The notes: generated from the letters alone by a model not told the origin. Counted from the first letter of the stretch, positions 48,640 to 58,861 are shown. The stretch is DNA of 64,000 nt from Candidatus Omnitrophota bacterium (GCA_041308845.1 JBFZAT010000002.1:566-64565); one strand, 5' to 3'. A program made the numbers and translations.

Positions 48640-50055
48640 ATGAAAATTTGTTTTGTTCAGAAACAAATCTTTCCCTATTTCGGGGTTATGGCGGTTTCCG
48701 CACAGTTAAAGCAATGCGGCCATCAAACCGATATCTTGATTGATGTTTGTGAAAAAGATATCGTCAGGTCATTGCGCCAAGTCCGTCCGGATTTAATCGG
48801 TTTTTCTGTTTTGTCTTCAGAACACGTTTGGTTAGAACGATTAACGTTTGAGTTGAAAAAGTACATGCCTGCAGTTCCTATTGTCGTAGGCGGCGTACAC
48901 GCGATTCTGTATCCGGATGATGTTTTAGCTTTATCCGGAGTAGATTACGTTTGCCGGGGTGAAGGGGAATCTGCTTTTATCCAGTTAACGGATTGTCTTA
49001 CTGCGGGCAAATCACCAAAAAATATCCTTGGTATTAGCTATAAAGATCAGGGTAGGCTCATGCAGCAAGGCATTGCACCATTAACCCAGCAACTAGATGG
49101 GTTTTTCGAAGACCGGCACTTATATTATGAGAGATACCCTAAATTAGGCAAATTAGCACTAAAGGTTTTTATGTCTTCGCGCGGGTGTCCGTATCTTTGT
49201 TCATTTTGCGCTAATAGTCAGATCATGCGGCTTTATCAGGCAAACGGAAATTATGTTCGGAGAAAGTCTCCGCAACATTTTATCGAAGAAATTAAGCGCG
49301 TAGTTGAAGCATACCCCACTAATTCGCTGTTTTTTGCCGATGATCTTTTTGCCCTGGATTTGGGTTGGCTGGAAGAATTCTGCTTTTTGTACAAGCAAAA
49401 AATTAAGCTGCCTTATATTTGTACAGCCCGGATTGATATGATTAAGGAAAAGCACGGACGTTTTCTGGCTGAATCCGGTTGCCACACTGTAAGTTTCGGA
49501 GTCGAGACTGGTAATCAGTTTTTGCGCCAAGTAATTCTCAAGAAAAATATAAGTAACGAGCAGATCTTTGAAAGTGTTGGTATTATTAAAAAAGCCGGGA
49601 TTAAGGTGCAAACTTCAAATATGTTTTGTTTGCCTGATGAAACCGTGGATGATGCGGTTGCTACGCTAAATTTGAATATTGCCATCGGGACAAGCTATAT
49701 GTTTACCACAGTATTTTTGCCTTTTCCTAAAACCGAATTAGCTCAATATTGCATTAACCGGGGTCTACTTAAAGAGAATTACTCTTTTGTGGACATGCCT
49801 AATTCTTTTATTCAGGATTCGGTCTTGCGCTTAGAGCATAAAGATGTTTTATTAAATATCCATAAGATTGCACATCTGTGCGTGCGGTTTCCGCTATTAA
49901 AGCCTTGCCTGATCATGCTGGCTAAAAAAATCAAATTTAAACAGTTGTTTCTGTTTTTTTGGCTAATTGGTACTTTTATCAGGTTTAAAGAAGAACGGCA
50001 ACTGAGCTTGAGCAAGACCATGCGTTATCTTTGGGAGTATCGATGGGGATTGTAA
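48640..50055 (+). CDS. B12-binding domain radical SAM enzyme (class B), #2
   Basis: N-terminal B12-like domain (MKICFVQ..., VGGVHA) followed by SSRGCPYLCSFC. Confidence 0.8.
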   Translation: MKICFVQKQIFPYFGVMAVSAQLKQCGHQTDILIDVCEKDIVRSLRQVRPDLIGFSVLSSEHVWLERLTFELKKYMPAVPIVVGGVHAILYPDDVLALSGVDYVCRGEGESAFIQLTDCLTAGKSPKNILGISYKDQGRLMQQGIAPLTQQLDGFFEDRHLYYERYPKLGKLALKVFMSSRGCPYLCSFCANSQIMRLYQANGNYVRRKSPQHFIEEIKRVVEAYPTNSLFFADDLFALDLGWLEEFCFLYKQKIKLPYICTARIDMIKEKHGRFLAESGCHTVSFGVETGNQFLRQVILKKNISNEQIFESVGIIKKAGIKVQTSNMFCLPDETVDDAVATLNLNIAIGTSYMFTTVFLPFPKTELAQYCINRGLLKENYSFVDMPNSFIQDSVLRLEHKDVLLNIHKIAHLCVRFPLLKPCLIMLAKKIKFKQLFLFFWLIGTFIRFKEERQLSLSKTMRYLWEYRWGL

Positions 50056-51959
50056 AGCAGGCCGCTACTCTGGCCAATAGAGATTTGGATATACTAATGC
50101 AGAAACTAGAGGGGTTTTGCCAGAAATTCGCGCAGCGTTTGCTCTGGGCTTTTATTTCTGTTTACATTCTTATTTTTAGCGGATTATCTTTTTTAAAATA
50201 CCAGTCTTTTAGTTATTATGATTGGGACCTGGCTAGCGATGCAATTGTGTTGTGGAATAGTTTACACGGCGAGTTTTTGTATTATCCTTTTTTGGAACAA
50301 TCCATTTTAGGAGCGCACCTGTATTTAATTTCCATTTTTATTTTGCCCATTTATGCTTTATTTCAAAGCCCATTGACACTTTTATTTTTACAAAGCATAT
50401 TTTTAGGCCTGGGGGCATCTCCCTTATATCTTTTAGCTAGATGTAAGTTGAATGCAACCTTTGCTTTAGCTGTGGTAGTGGTTTATTTATTATACCCTTC
50501 TTTAGGTTTTATTAATTTGTTCGAATCACACTTTGAGATTTATGAAATATTCCTGCTTTTTTTTGCTTTATATTACTTCGAAAAAGAAAAATTTAAAAAA
50601 TTTTTGATCTTTGCCTTGCTGGCTTTGTTTTGCAAAGAGAATGCCAGCCTGGCCGTGTTTGGCTTGGGCATTTATGCTGGTTTCCGTAGGCGTTCTCAAA
50701 AATGGATTTGGACTCCGTTATTAATCGCAGGGGGCTGGTTTATATTATCTTTGAAAGTGATTATTCCGTATTTTGCTAAAGACGCTGTTTTTTACCAGGG
50801 TGGTTTTATGTTCAGTTCTTATTATAAGCATCTGGGGTCTAATTTAGGGGAGATGGTTAAAACAGTCTTTTTGCATCCCCAAACTACGCTGAACTTAGCC
50901 TTTGAGCCCAGAAAATTAATTTATCTTTGCCAACTCTTTTTACCGATTGGGTTTTTAGGGTTATTCAGCCCGTTATCTTTGGTCCCGGCAGTTTTGGTTT
51001 TTGGGCAAAATCTATTATCGGCAGTGCCTACACACGCTTCCATTCGTTATCAGTACGTTGCTTTATTAATCCCCTTTATATTTCTTTCGCTTATCCAGGC
51101 TTTAAACCGGATTTTACGCTGGAAATTAGTTTTTAAGCTGAAAGGAATATTATTGCTTGCTTTGTTCGGATTTGTGACTTCAGCCGGCTTATATTTAGAA
51201 GCTCCACAATTCAACCTGGTCGGACATATTTTTGAGTATTGGCCTAAAGATGAAGCACGAGAAAAAGAAAGATTAATTGCCGCAATACCGAAAAATGCCT
51301 CCGTACTGGCGACTTTTCAGTTTTTGCCTAAATTAGCCAATCGCATCCATCTTTATTCCTTGCATCTTATTGCGGTTGGATACAGGATGTATACTAGTAT
51401 TCGCTACCAGCCTCCTGAGAATCTGGAGTATGCTTTAATCGATTTTAATGAACCGCTGTTGGTTTCCGTTTTTTTGCCCCCGCCGGCTTTAAAAAATATT
51501 CGTACTTTCCTGGAAGCAGATGATTGGAATGTTTACCAGGCTTATAATGATGTGGTTTTATTCAAAAAAGGGTATCCGGATGGACATCGGCTTTGTGAAA
51601 TTATCCAGCATCCTGTTATTAGCCATCCGTTAAACTTTAATTTAGATCAACAAATTGTTTTCTTAGGATATGATATTAATGATAGTATGCTTCAGGAGCG
51701 TTTATTGCATCTTATCTATTATTGGCAAAAAATAAGCAGCCAGCGCCGACCACTAGGATTTTTTATTCAGTTCAGGGATGTCCGCGGTAAGGTTAAGTTT
51801 CAGGCTGAGCATGTTTTCGGCTACCGAGTTTACTTAGGTGAGGAGTGGAGGCCAGGTCAAATTGTTAAGGAACATCATTATATATTAGTGCCCAAGGGTT
51901 TCAAGGCAACTGATTACCAGCTTGAGTTTGGACCGTTTATATTTGAACCTGAATTTTAA
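50043..51959 (+). CDS. polytopic integral membrane protein (GT-C-like; resembles DUF2079 family)
   Basis: About 12 TM segments followed by a ~200-aa soluble C-terminal domain; start overlaps the rSAM #2 stop. Confidence 0.35.
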   Translation: MGIVKQAATLANRDLDILMQKLEGFCQKFAQRLLWAFISVYILIFSGLSFLKYQSFSYYDWDLASDAIVLWNSLHGEFLYYPFLEQSILGAHLYLISIFILPIYALFQSPLTLLFLQSIFLGLGASPLYLLARCKLNATFALAVVVVYLLYPSLGFINLFESHFEIYEIFLLFFALYYFEKEKFKKFLIFALLALFCKENASLAVFGLGIYAGFRRRSQKWIWTPLLIAGGWFILSLKVIIPYFAKDAVFYQGGFMFSSYYKHLGSNLGEMVKTVFLHPQTTLNLAFEPRKLIYLCQLFLPIGFLGLFSPLSLVPAVLVFGQNLLSAVPTHASIRYQYVALLIPFIFLSLIQALNRILRWKLVFKLKGILLLALFGFVTSAGLYLEAPQFNLVGHIFEYWPKDEAREKERLIAAIPKNASVLATFQFLPKLANRIHLYSLHLIAVGYRMYTSIRYQPPENLEYALIDFNEPLLVSVFLPPPALKNIRTFLEADDWNVYQAYNDVVLFKKGYPDGHRLCEIIQHPVISHPLNFNLDQQIVFLGYDINDSMLQERLLHLIYYWQKISSQRRPLGFFIQFRDVRGKVKFQAEHVFGYRVYLGEEWRPGQIVKEHHYILVPKGFKATDYQLEFGPFIFEPEF

Positions 51960-51975
51960 CTTATGGAGCATATGT

Positions 51976-52935
51976 ATGCCGAATAAAATATTAATTATTA
52001 AACTAGGTTACTCGGAAACTTTGGACCAGGAGATCAGCACGACTACCAGTTTAGGGGATGTTTTGCGAACCACCGTGATATTAAATTATTTCAAGAAAGA
52101 TGAAATTACCTGGTTAGTTGATGAGAAGGCTCATCTCTTGCTGGAGGGTAATCCTTTTATAAAACGGATTGTAGTTTTTAGCCAGAAAACGATATTACAA
52201 TTACAGCGTGAACGTTTTGATATAATAATTAACCTAGAGAAGGGGCCGGGTATTTGCGAATTTTCTGATTCGGTAAAAGCTAAAAAAAGATTTGGTTTTT
52301 GGTTTGATCCTAAGAAAGGTTCGGCTCAGGCTTATGACGGAGCGGAACTAGTTTTGAGTTTATGTTTGGACCGGCAGAAGAAAAAAAGAAGCATAAGATT
52401 CTGGCAGGATGCGTTATCTTCCATGATTGCAAAAAAATGGTCGCCCCGGAAAGAATATATACTCGGTTACCGGCCGTCCTCAAAAGTTAAGTATGATATA
52501 GGTTTTAATTGGGTAGTCGGTGATAAATGGCCGAATAAGGCCTGGCCTAAAAAGAATTGGAAAAAGCTCGAAAAACTGTTAAAAAAACAATATAATATTA
52601 GTTGGCAGAGGGGGTTGGGTGATCTCGCAGAATACATGGATTGGATAAATTCCTGTCGATTGATTGTTACCAATGACAGTCTAGGTATGCATTTGGCCAT
52701 TGCTTTAAAGAAAAAGCTAATTGTTCTTTTCGGGCCCAGCTCTTCTAAAGAAGTTTATCTTTACGGCCGGGGGGTAAAACTGGTAGGGAAAGTGCCTTAT
52801 AAATGCTTGCCTTGTCTTAGTCCGGTTTGCATACAACCGGTTAGCTGTATGGAATATATTACTCCTGAGCAAGTTCAAGCGCAAATTATCAGATCTATCC
52901 CCCAGCAGAGGAAATATAATGGAAGATATTTTTAG
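51976..52935 (+). CDS. glycosyltransferase family 9 (heptosyltransferase-like)
   Basis: ILIIKLG...LGD N-terminus and LIVTNDSLGMHLAIALKKKLIVLFGPS, the GT9 C-terminal signature. Confidence 0.7.
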   Translation: MPNKILIIKLGYSETLDQEISTTTSLGDVLRTTVILNYFKKDEITWLVDEKAHLLLEGNPFIKRIVVFSQKTILQLQRERFDIIINLEKGPGICEFSDSVKAKKRFGFWFDPKKGSAQAYDGAELVLSLCLDRQKKKRSIRFWQDALSSMIAKKWSPRKEYILGYRPSSKVKYDIGFNWVVGDKWPNKAWPKKNWKKLEKLLKKQYNISWQRGLGDLAEYMDWINSCRLIVTNDSLGMHLAIALKKKLIVLFGPSSSKEVYLYGRGVKLVGKVPYKCLPCLSPVCIQPVSCMEYITPEQVQAQIIRSIPQQRKYNGRYF

Positions 52936-53983
52936 AATCGATAGTCATAAATTGATGTTTCACATAGATAGAGTTAATGCTTGGTTGCATGGTAAGCAGA
53001 TTTTCCCGTTATATTTAGAGATCGCTCCTTCTGGTAGCTGTAATCATCGGTGTATCTTTTGTGCGGTTGATTATTTAGGGTATGCCCCTTGTTTTCTGGA
53101 TTTGAATTTGCTTAAGAATACGGTAAGTCAAGCAGCAAATTTGGGGGTTAAGAGTATAATGTATGCTGGAGAAGGAGAGCCGCTGTTGCATCCGGATATT
53201 TGCCAGATTGTAAAGCATACTAAAAGCTGCGGGATAGATGTGGCGATCACGACCAATGGTACATTGCTGAATAAAGATTTAGCGCAAAAAATATTGAAAT
53301 ATTTAAGCTGGATTAGAATTAGTTTGAATGCCGGAACCAGCCGGACATATGCCCGTATCCATCGGACCGAAGAAAGAGATTTTTACCGGGCCTTAAAAAA
53401 TTTACAGCAGGCCGTCAGTCTCAAAAAGAAGCATCGGTTGACGGTCAGTATTGGAGTTCAGCTTTTACTTATCCCAGAAAACGTTAAAGAGGTAGTGGTC
53501 CTGGCTAAGAAATTAAAAAAAATAGGTCTTGATTATTTAACCGTTAAACCTTACTCCCAGCACCCTTTGAGTAATTCGCGCGTAGACCTTGGGTTTCAAT
53601 ATGATCATAATGCTATATATAATCAATTATCTCTGTTGGAAGACGATCGCTTTAAGGTCAGTTTCCGCTCTCAGACCATGGAGAGATTAGCCAGAACTAA
53701 AGACTATAAACGGTGTTTAGCTACTCCTTTTTGGTCTTATATTGATGCCCAGGGGCAGGTGTATGCCTGCAGCGCATTTTTAGGCAAGAAAGAGTTTAGC
53801 TTCGGGAATATTAATCAAAATAGCTTTAAAAAGATTATGGTTAGCAGGCGTCGCCGGTCCGTGATCAATAGGATCAGTTCGAAGATCAATGTCAATAAGT
53901 GCCGGCCGGTCTGCCGTTTAGACAAGATCAATAGCTATCTTTGGGAATTACATAATCCTCAACCGCATGTTAATTTTATCTAG
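52919..53983 (+). CDS. radical SAM enzyme with SPASM/twitch-like C-terminal Cys cluster, #3
   Basis: SGSCNHRCIFC CxxxCxxC. Downstream GNINQNSFKKIM and CRPVC resemble the SPASM GN(I/L)xxxS(I/L)xx(I/L)W-plus-Cys pattern. Paralogue of 56803-57906. Confidence 0.7.
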   Translation: MEDIFRIDSHKLMFHIDRVNAWLHGKQIFPLYLEIAPSGSCNHRCIFCAVDYLGYAPCFLDLNLLKNTVSQAANLGVKSIMYAGEGEPLLHPDICQIVKHTKSCGIDVAITTNGTLLNKDLAQKILKYLSWIRISLNAGTSRTYARIHRTEERDFYRALKNLQQAVSLKKKHRLTVSIGVQLLLIPENVKEVVVLAKKLKKIGLDYLTVKPYSQHPLSNSRVDLGFQYDHNAIYNQLSLLEDDRFKVSFRSQTMERLARTKDYKRCLATPFWSYIDAQGQVYACSAFLGKKEFSFGNINQNSFKKIMVSRRRRSVINRISSKINVNKCRPVCRLDKINSYLWELHNPQPHVNFI

Positions 53984-53988
53984 AGGTT

Positions 53989-54975
53989 TTGATGATTGAG
54001 CGCATTAGGGCTGTTGCATTAACCCAGATATATGTGATGATGTTAAGGATCCGGCTTTTTGAAGAGCGCTTAGTTTATTTATATCCGGCTCAGGAAATTA
54101 AAACTCCGGTTCATTTATCCATCGGACAAGAAGCGATTGCCGCTGGTGTTTGCCAGAACTTAACCAAATCAGACTATGTTTTTACTAATCATCGTTGTCA
54201 TGGGCATTGCTTGGCTAAAGGGATGAGTATGTCTGCGATGATGGCGGAGCTTTATGGAAAAAACACGGGATGTTGTAAAGGTAAGGGTGGTTCAATGCAC
54301 TTATCAGATCCGCAGCTAGGGATTTTGGCTACTTCGGCTATTGTCGGGGCTAACCTGCCTATAGCTGTAGGGGCGGCTTTAAGTTTAAAATTGAGAGAGC
54401 GTAAGAATATTTCAGTAGTTTTTTTTGGAGATGGAGCGGTAGATCAGGGAGTTTTTTTCGAAAGCCTTAATTTCGCCGCTTTAAAAAAATTACCGGTTTT
54501 ATTTGTCTGCGAAAATAATTTTTATGCTACTAATTCTTTGCAAAAGGCTAGACAACCCCTGGATAATATTTTTAAGCGGGCAGAAATATTTGGAATAAAG
54601 GGGTGGCGTTGTGCAGGCAATGATGCTCAAGAGGTATATGATCTTGCAAAAAGGCTAATTCAGAAACTAAGAGCTAATTCATCGGGGCCGCATCTATTGG
54701 AGTGTCGCACTTATCGCTGGAAAGCACATGTAGGGCCGGATTGTGATTTTCAGAGCGGTTGCCGTCCGAAGCCGGAGTTAGATGCCTGGATTAGTAATTG
54801 TCCGATTAAAAAGCTCGAAATTTTTCTTATAAAAACAGGTTTATTGACACAAGACAAAATTAGAAAAATCCGGCAGCGGATTAATAGGGAAATTATGCGC
54901 GCAGAATTTTTGGCTAAAAAAAGTCGCTTTCCTTCTGCCGGGGAACTCACCACAGATGTTTATTGGAAGGAATAA
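53989..54975 (+). CDS. TPP-dependent dehydrogenase E1 component alpha subunit (PDH/acetoin-DH E1alpha-like)
   Basis: GQEA...YR.HGH...G, GKGGSMH and FGDGAVDQGVFFESLNFAALKKLPVLFVCENNFYA TPP-binding motifs. Confidence 0.8.
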   Translation: MMIERIRAVALTQIYVMMLRIRLFEERLVYLYPAQEIKTPVHLSIGQEAIAAGVCQNLTKSDYVFTNHRCHGHCLAKGMSMSAMMAELYGKNTGCCKGKGGSMHLSDPQLGILATSAIVGANLPIAVGAALSLKLRERKNISVVFFGDGAVDQGVFFESLNFAALKKLPVLFVCENNFYATNSLQKARQPLDNIFKRAEIFGIKGWRCAGNDAQEVYDLAKRLIQKLRANSSGPHLLECRTYRWKAHVGPDCDFQSGCRPKPELDAWISNCPIKKLEIFLIKTGLLTQDKIRKIRQRINREIMRAEFLAKKSRFPSAGELTTDVYWKE

Positions 54976-54978
54976 TTA

Positions 54979-56031
54979 ATGCCCTGGACTAAGTTAGCGG
55001 TCGATTCCGCTAGTAAAAGGTTTTTGGATTCCAAAAAAAATCTCTGTGGCAGGGTGCTTAGTTACCGTGAGGCTTTAAGAGAAGCTCATTATCAAGCGCT
55101 TAAGCGGGATGCGCGGGTATTTATTATGGGCCAGGGGGTAGATGATCCGGCCGGAGTATTCGGTTCTACTCTGGGATTGCACCAGGAATTTTGCGCTAGG
55201 GTATTTGATACCCCGATTGCCGAGAATGGCCTGACTGGTTTTGCCGTAGGTGCAGCTTTGGCGGGAATGCGGCCGATTTTAGTCCATATGCGTATGGATT
55301 TCTTGCTTTTAACTTTTGATCAGATAATCAATCATGCCTCTAAATTATGCTATATGTCCGGGGGGAGAATACATGTGCCCTTGGTGATCCGGGCGATTAT
55401 CGGCAGGGGCTGGGGATCGGCGGCTCAGCATTCACAAGCCTTACAGGCATTATTTATGCATATTCCGGGCATCAAAGTCGTGCTGCCGGCTTCAGCATAT
55501 GATGCTAAAGGCTTGCTGCTCTCTAGTATCGCTGATGATAACCCTGTAATTTTTATTGAACATCGCTGGCTTTATGATATTCAAGATAGCGTCCCGGCAA
55601 ATGAATATCTTGTTCCAATTGGCAAAGGTTTAATTAAGCGGGGGGGTAAAGACATTACGGTAGTAGCTATTTCTTTAATGGTTAATGAGGCCTTGATTGC
55701 AGCTACGAAGCTTAAGCAAAACGGTATTGAAGCAGAAGTAATTGATCTGCGCAGTTTACGGCCTCTAGATCAAGAAATAATTGTGAACTCTGTAAAAAAA
55801 ACCGGTCGGTTAATCATCGCTGATTTGGGTTGGCGTACAGCCGGGGCAGCCCAGATAATTTTAGGAAATATCCATCATAAGATTAGGCGCTATCTGAAGG
55901 CTGGGGTTGAAATTGTAGCTCTGCCGGATACTCCGACACCTAGCTCTGCATATTTAGAGAAAATATTTTATCCAGGAGCTGCGGATATAATCCGGGCAGC
56001 TAAAAGAATCTATGTGCGCACTAAGCATTGA
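54979..56031 (+). CDS. TPP-dependent dehydrogenase E1 component beta subunit (transketolase-like pyrimidine-binding and C-terminal domains)
   Basis: FDTPIAENGLTGFAVGAALAGMRP and the C-terminal transketolase-C-like fold; 4 nt after the alpha subunit. Confidence 0.8.
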   Translation: MPWTKLAVDSASKRFLDSKKNLCGRVLSYREALREAHYQALKRDARVFIMGQGVDDPAGVFGSTLGLHQEFCARVFDTPIAENGLTGFAVGAALAGMRPILVHMRMDFLLLTFDQIINHASKLCYMSGGRIHVPLVIRAIIGRGWGSAAQHSQALQALFMHIPGIKVVLPASAYDAKGLLLSSIADDNPVIFIEHRWLYDIQDSVPANEYLVPIGKGLIKRGGKDITVVAISLMVNEALIAATKLKQNGIEAEVIDLRSLRPLDQEIIVNSVKKTGRLIIADLGWRTAGAAQIILGNIHHKIRRYLKAGVEIVALPDTPTPSSAYLEKIFYPGAADIIRAAKRIYVRTKH

Positions 56032-56779
56032 TAAATTAAGCGTGATTGTCCCCGCTCTGAATGAAGCGGGTAACATTTGTCAAGCGCTTACGCGTATTTT
56101 TAAGGCACTGGAGTATTTCAAAATCGACGGTGAAGTCATCGTCATTAATGACGGAAGTTTTGACCAGACACAAGTTTTGGTGGAAGAAAAATCCGCTGAG
56201 TACCCCGGCCGGATCAGAATAATTAAACATAGCGCGACTAAAGGCATCGGGGCTTCGTTTTGGGAGGGGGTAGATTTGGCCCAAGGCGCAGCTATCGTAT
56301 TTTTACCGGGAGATAACGAAAATGATCCTCAAGAGGCACTGCGCTATTACAAGCTTCTGGAGCATGTGGATATTATTGTTCCGTTTATTTTTAACCGTAG
56401 AGAGCGGCCGTTATTTAGAAATATGCTGTCTTTGCTCTACCGCTTTATAATTAATACTACTTTTTCGGTGAATTTTAACTATACCAATGGTACGGTGCTC
56501 TATCGTAAATCGGTTCTGCAACAGATAAACCATCGTGCTGACGGTTTTTTCTTCCAAACTGATATTCTGATCAGGTTGGTAAAGAAAGGCTATCTATTTG
56601 CTGAAGTTCCCCACAAAATTGGCACCAGAAAGAAAGGGGTTTCCAAGGCCATTAGTTTTCCTTCGTTATTCCAGGTGGTGGCCGGCTATTTTAAGCTGGT
56701 TCAAGATTATTACCATCGGCAGATGAATCAGGATTTGAATTATTCTAGCGATTCTCAAACTGCCGCCCGAAGTAAATAA
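56012..56779 (+). CDS. glycosyltransferase family 2 (Dpm1/GtrB-like polyprenyl-phosphate sugar transferase type)
   Basis: LSVIVPALNE ... GEVIVINDGSFDQT ... GDNENDPQ (DxD-type) GT-A motifs. Confidence 0.7.
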   Translation: MCALSIDKLSVIVPALNEAGNICQALTRIFKALEYFKIDGEVIVINDGSFDQTQVLVEEKSAEYPGRIRIIKHSATKGIGASFWEGVDLAQGAAIVFLPGDNENDPQEALRYYKLLEHVDIIVPFIFNRRERPLFRNMLSLLYRFIINTTFSVNFNYTNGTVLYRKSVLQQINHRADGFFFQTDILIRLVKKGYLFAEVPHKIGTRKKGVSKAISFPSLFQVVAGYFKLVQDYYHRQMNQDLNYSSDSQTAARSK

Positions 56780-56802
56780 AAATAAACTGCAGGGAGCTAG
56801 GT

Positions 56803-57906
56803 TTGGAAAATTTAATTCTAGATGGACATAAGATTAATTGGCACCCGCAGCGGCTGAAAGCTTGGCTGGCCGGAGAAAGAATTGCTCCGATTACTATTGA
56901 TTGTGCTTTAACCCGGCAGTGTACTTATCGCTGCCGATATTGTTATAGCCGGCTGCAGGTTAATGATGAAAAGAAGATGACCAGGGAAGTCATCTTTCGA
57001 TTTTTAGACGATGTTGCTGAAATCGGAGTTAAGGCAATTAGCTTGGTTAGTGACGGTGAGAGTACCTGTTCACCTTATTTTTACGATGCGATTCTGAAAG
57101 GACATCAAAACGGCTTGGATATGGCAGTAGGGACCAACGGTTATTTATTACAAGCAGAACGCTTAGAAGAGATTCTACCGGCATTAACTTATCTTAGGTT
57201 TAATGTTTCTGCGGCGGAACCTGTGCGTTATGCGCAAATTCATGGTTGTCCGCCGGGATGCTTCGATCAGGTTTGTCAGATTATTCGCCAGGCAGTTAAA
57301 ATTAAAAAAACAAAAAGACTGAAAGTTACCCTGGGATTGCAGATGGTTTTTCTTCCGGATTTTATCGATCAACTCAAGCCGCTAATAAAACTCGGCCAAG
57401 AGTTGGGAGTGGATTATACTATTATTAAACACTGCAGCGATGATGAGCAAGCCAGTCTGGGGGTGGACTATTTAAAATATCATAACTGCATCGGGGCATT
57501 GAAAGCAGCGGAGGCCGCTTCTACCCAGAAGCATCAAATTTACATTAAGTGGTCAAAAATTTTGAGTGATGGTAAAAGGTGCTACAGCCGTTGTTATGGG
57601 CCACCGTTTATTATGCAGCTATCGGGTTCAGGCCTGGTTGCACCATGTGGCATGCTGTTTAACACTAAATTTTCTAAGTTCCATATCGGCAATATCGCTG
57701 AACAATCATTTAAACAGCTTTGGCAGAGCGATCGTTATTGGGAGGTTATGGATTTAATCCGCTCGGAAAATTTTGATGCCCGCTCGATGTGTGGGACCTT
57801 ATGTCTTCAGCATAAAGTTAATGAATTTTTGTGGGAGCTTAAACAAAACAAGACTGCTTTAGTTTTGCCCCAGGGCGATCCGCCCGAGCATCTGAATTTC
57901 ATATGA
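56803..57906 (+). CDS. radical SAM enzyme with SPASM/twitch-like C-terminal Cys cluster, #4
   Basis: LTRQCTYRCRYC and GNIAEQSFKQLWQS plus Cys pairs. Shares the N-terminal W...AWL.G..I.P and the C-terminal LWEL...P.HLNFI with #3. Confidence 0.7.
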   Translation: MENLILDGHKINWHPQRLKAWLAGERIAPITIDCALTRQCTYRCRYCYSRLQVNDEKKMTREVIFRFLDDVAEIGVKAISLVSDGESTCSPYFYDAILKGHQNGLDMAVGTNGYLLQAERLEEILPALTYLRFNVSAAEPVRYAQIHGCPPGCFDQVCQIIRQAVKIKKTKRLKVTLGLQMVFLPDFIDQLKPLIKLGQELGVDYTIIKHCSDDEQASLGVDYLKYHNCIGALKAAEAASTQKHQIYIKWSKILSDGKRCYSRCYGPPFIMQLSGSGLVAPCGMLFNTKFSKFHIGNIAEQSFKQLWQSDRYWEVMDLIRSENFDARSMCGTLCLQHKVNEFLWELKQNKTALVLPQGDPPEHLNFI

Positions 57907-58382
57907 AAATATTAATTTTTCCGGTAGCGATATTCATTCTAGCCGTAGCTGTTCATTTAGTTATTTGGAAGATTAGCTTTCCTTTAAAGCACCGCATTTT
58001 AATTTTAATCAACATATTCGCTTGGGTTTTAGTTTTCGGAATTATTATCTTACCGGATTTTTCACAAAGCCTGGAATTTATTGTTTTGTATTGCTCTTTG
58101 GGTGCGGCTTATCTGCTTTCTTATCCGGCGATAGAAGCAGATAGTCCCTCTTTGGCTATCACTTATAATATTGCCCAGACTGCTTCGGCTGGATTGGTTA
58201 AGGCTGAGCTTAATAAAATGATGGATGATGACATATTAGTTGTTGCTAGAATTAATGATTTGCTTAGTGAAGGCTTAGTGTGTTTGCGCAGTGGTAAATA
58301 TTATTTAACTCCGAGCGGTCTTTTCTTAGCCGGATTATTTTCCGGATTCCGCAAGTTATTGAATTTACCTAAAGGGGGTTAA
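57903..58382 (+). CDS. small integral membrane protein (4 predicted TM)
   Basis: 159 aa, hydrophobic; ATGA overlap with the upstream gene. Confidence 0.5.
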   Translation: MKILIFPVAIFILAVAVHLVIWKISFPLKHRILILINIFAWVLVFGIIILPDFSQSLEFIVLYCSLGAAYLLSYPAIEADSPSLAITYNIAQTASAGLVKAELNKMMDDDILVVARINDLLSEGLVCLRSGKYYLTPSGLFLAGLFSGFRKLLNLPKGG

Positions 58383-58384
58383 TT

Positions 58385-58861
58385 TTGATTTATAATCAAA
58401 GCTTGAATATTTGCCTCCCGTTTATTGCTTTGGCGGTTAATATTCTTTTTCAAATATCCGTTTTCAGGTTTTTTCCTAAAACCGGTTTATTGCGTTCTGT
58501 TTTTTTTGGTTTCACAGTCGGATGCTTGGCGATAATCTTTTTGGGCTTTGGCACCAGGTTAATTTTTAACCTCCTGGTTTATGTTTTGTTGGGGTATTGT
58601 TATTTCCATTTTATAAATATGGGCCAAACTGCCCGGCGGATCCGTATTTTAACCGAACTCAAAGCTTGCCCCGGCGGGCTTTCGGTCCAAGAGATCCTGG
58701 AACGTTATAACTCTGCTGAAATCATTGAGTGCCGTATTAGCCGGCTGGTTGAACACGGGCAAGTATTATTTAAAAACGGAAAGTATTATATAAAAAGTCC
58801 ATTTTTACTGTTGGTGGCTAGAACCTTAATAATTTTAAAACAAGCGTTATTCCCGAGGTGA
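58385..58861 (+). CDS. small integral membrane protein with soluble C-terminal domain
   Basis: TTG start preceded by aaaggggg RBS; N-terminal TM helices; a C-terminal ~70-aa soluble segment. Confidence 0.45.
   Translation: MIYNQSLNICLPFIALAVNILFQISVFRFFPKTGLLRSVFFGFTVGCLAIIFLGFGTRLIFNLLVYVLLGYCYFHFINMGQTARRIRILTELKACPGGLSVQEILERYNSAEIIECRISRLVEHGQVLFKNGKYYIKSPFLLLVARTLIILKQALFPR

Noticed and set aside
50927-51136. Short + strand ORFs nested in alternative frames of larger genes (50927-51136, 57566-57757, 8250-8441, 39762-39965)
   Set aside because: Embedded within the DUF2079-like, rSAM #4, TMTC-like and dapA genes respectively; no independent support.
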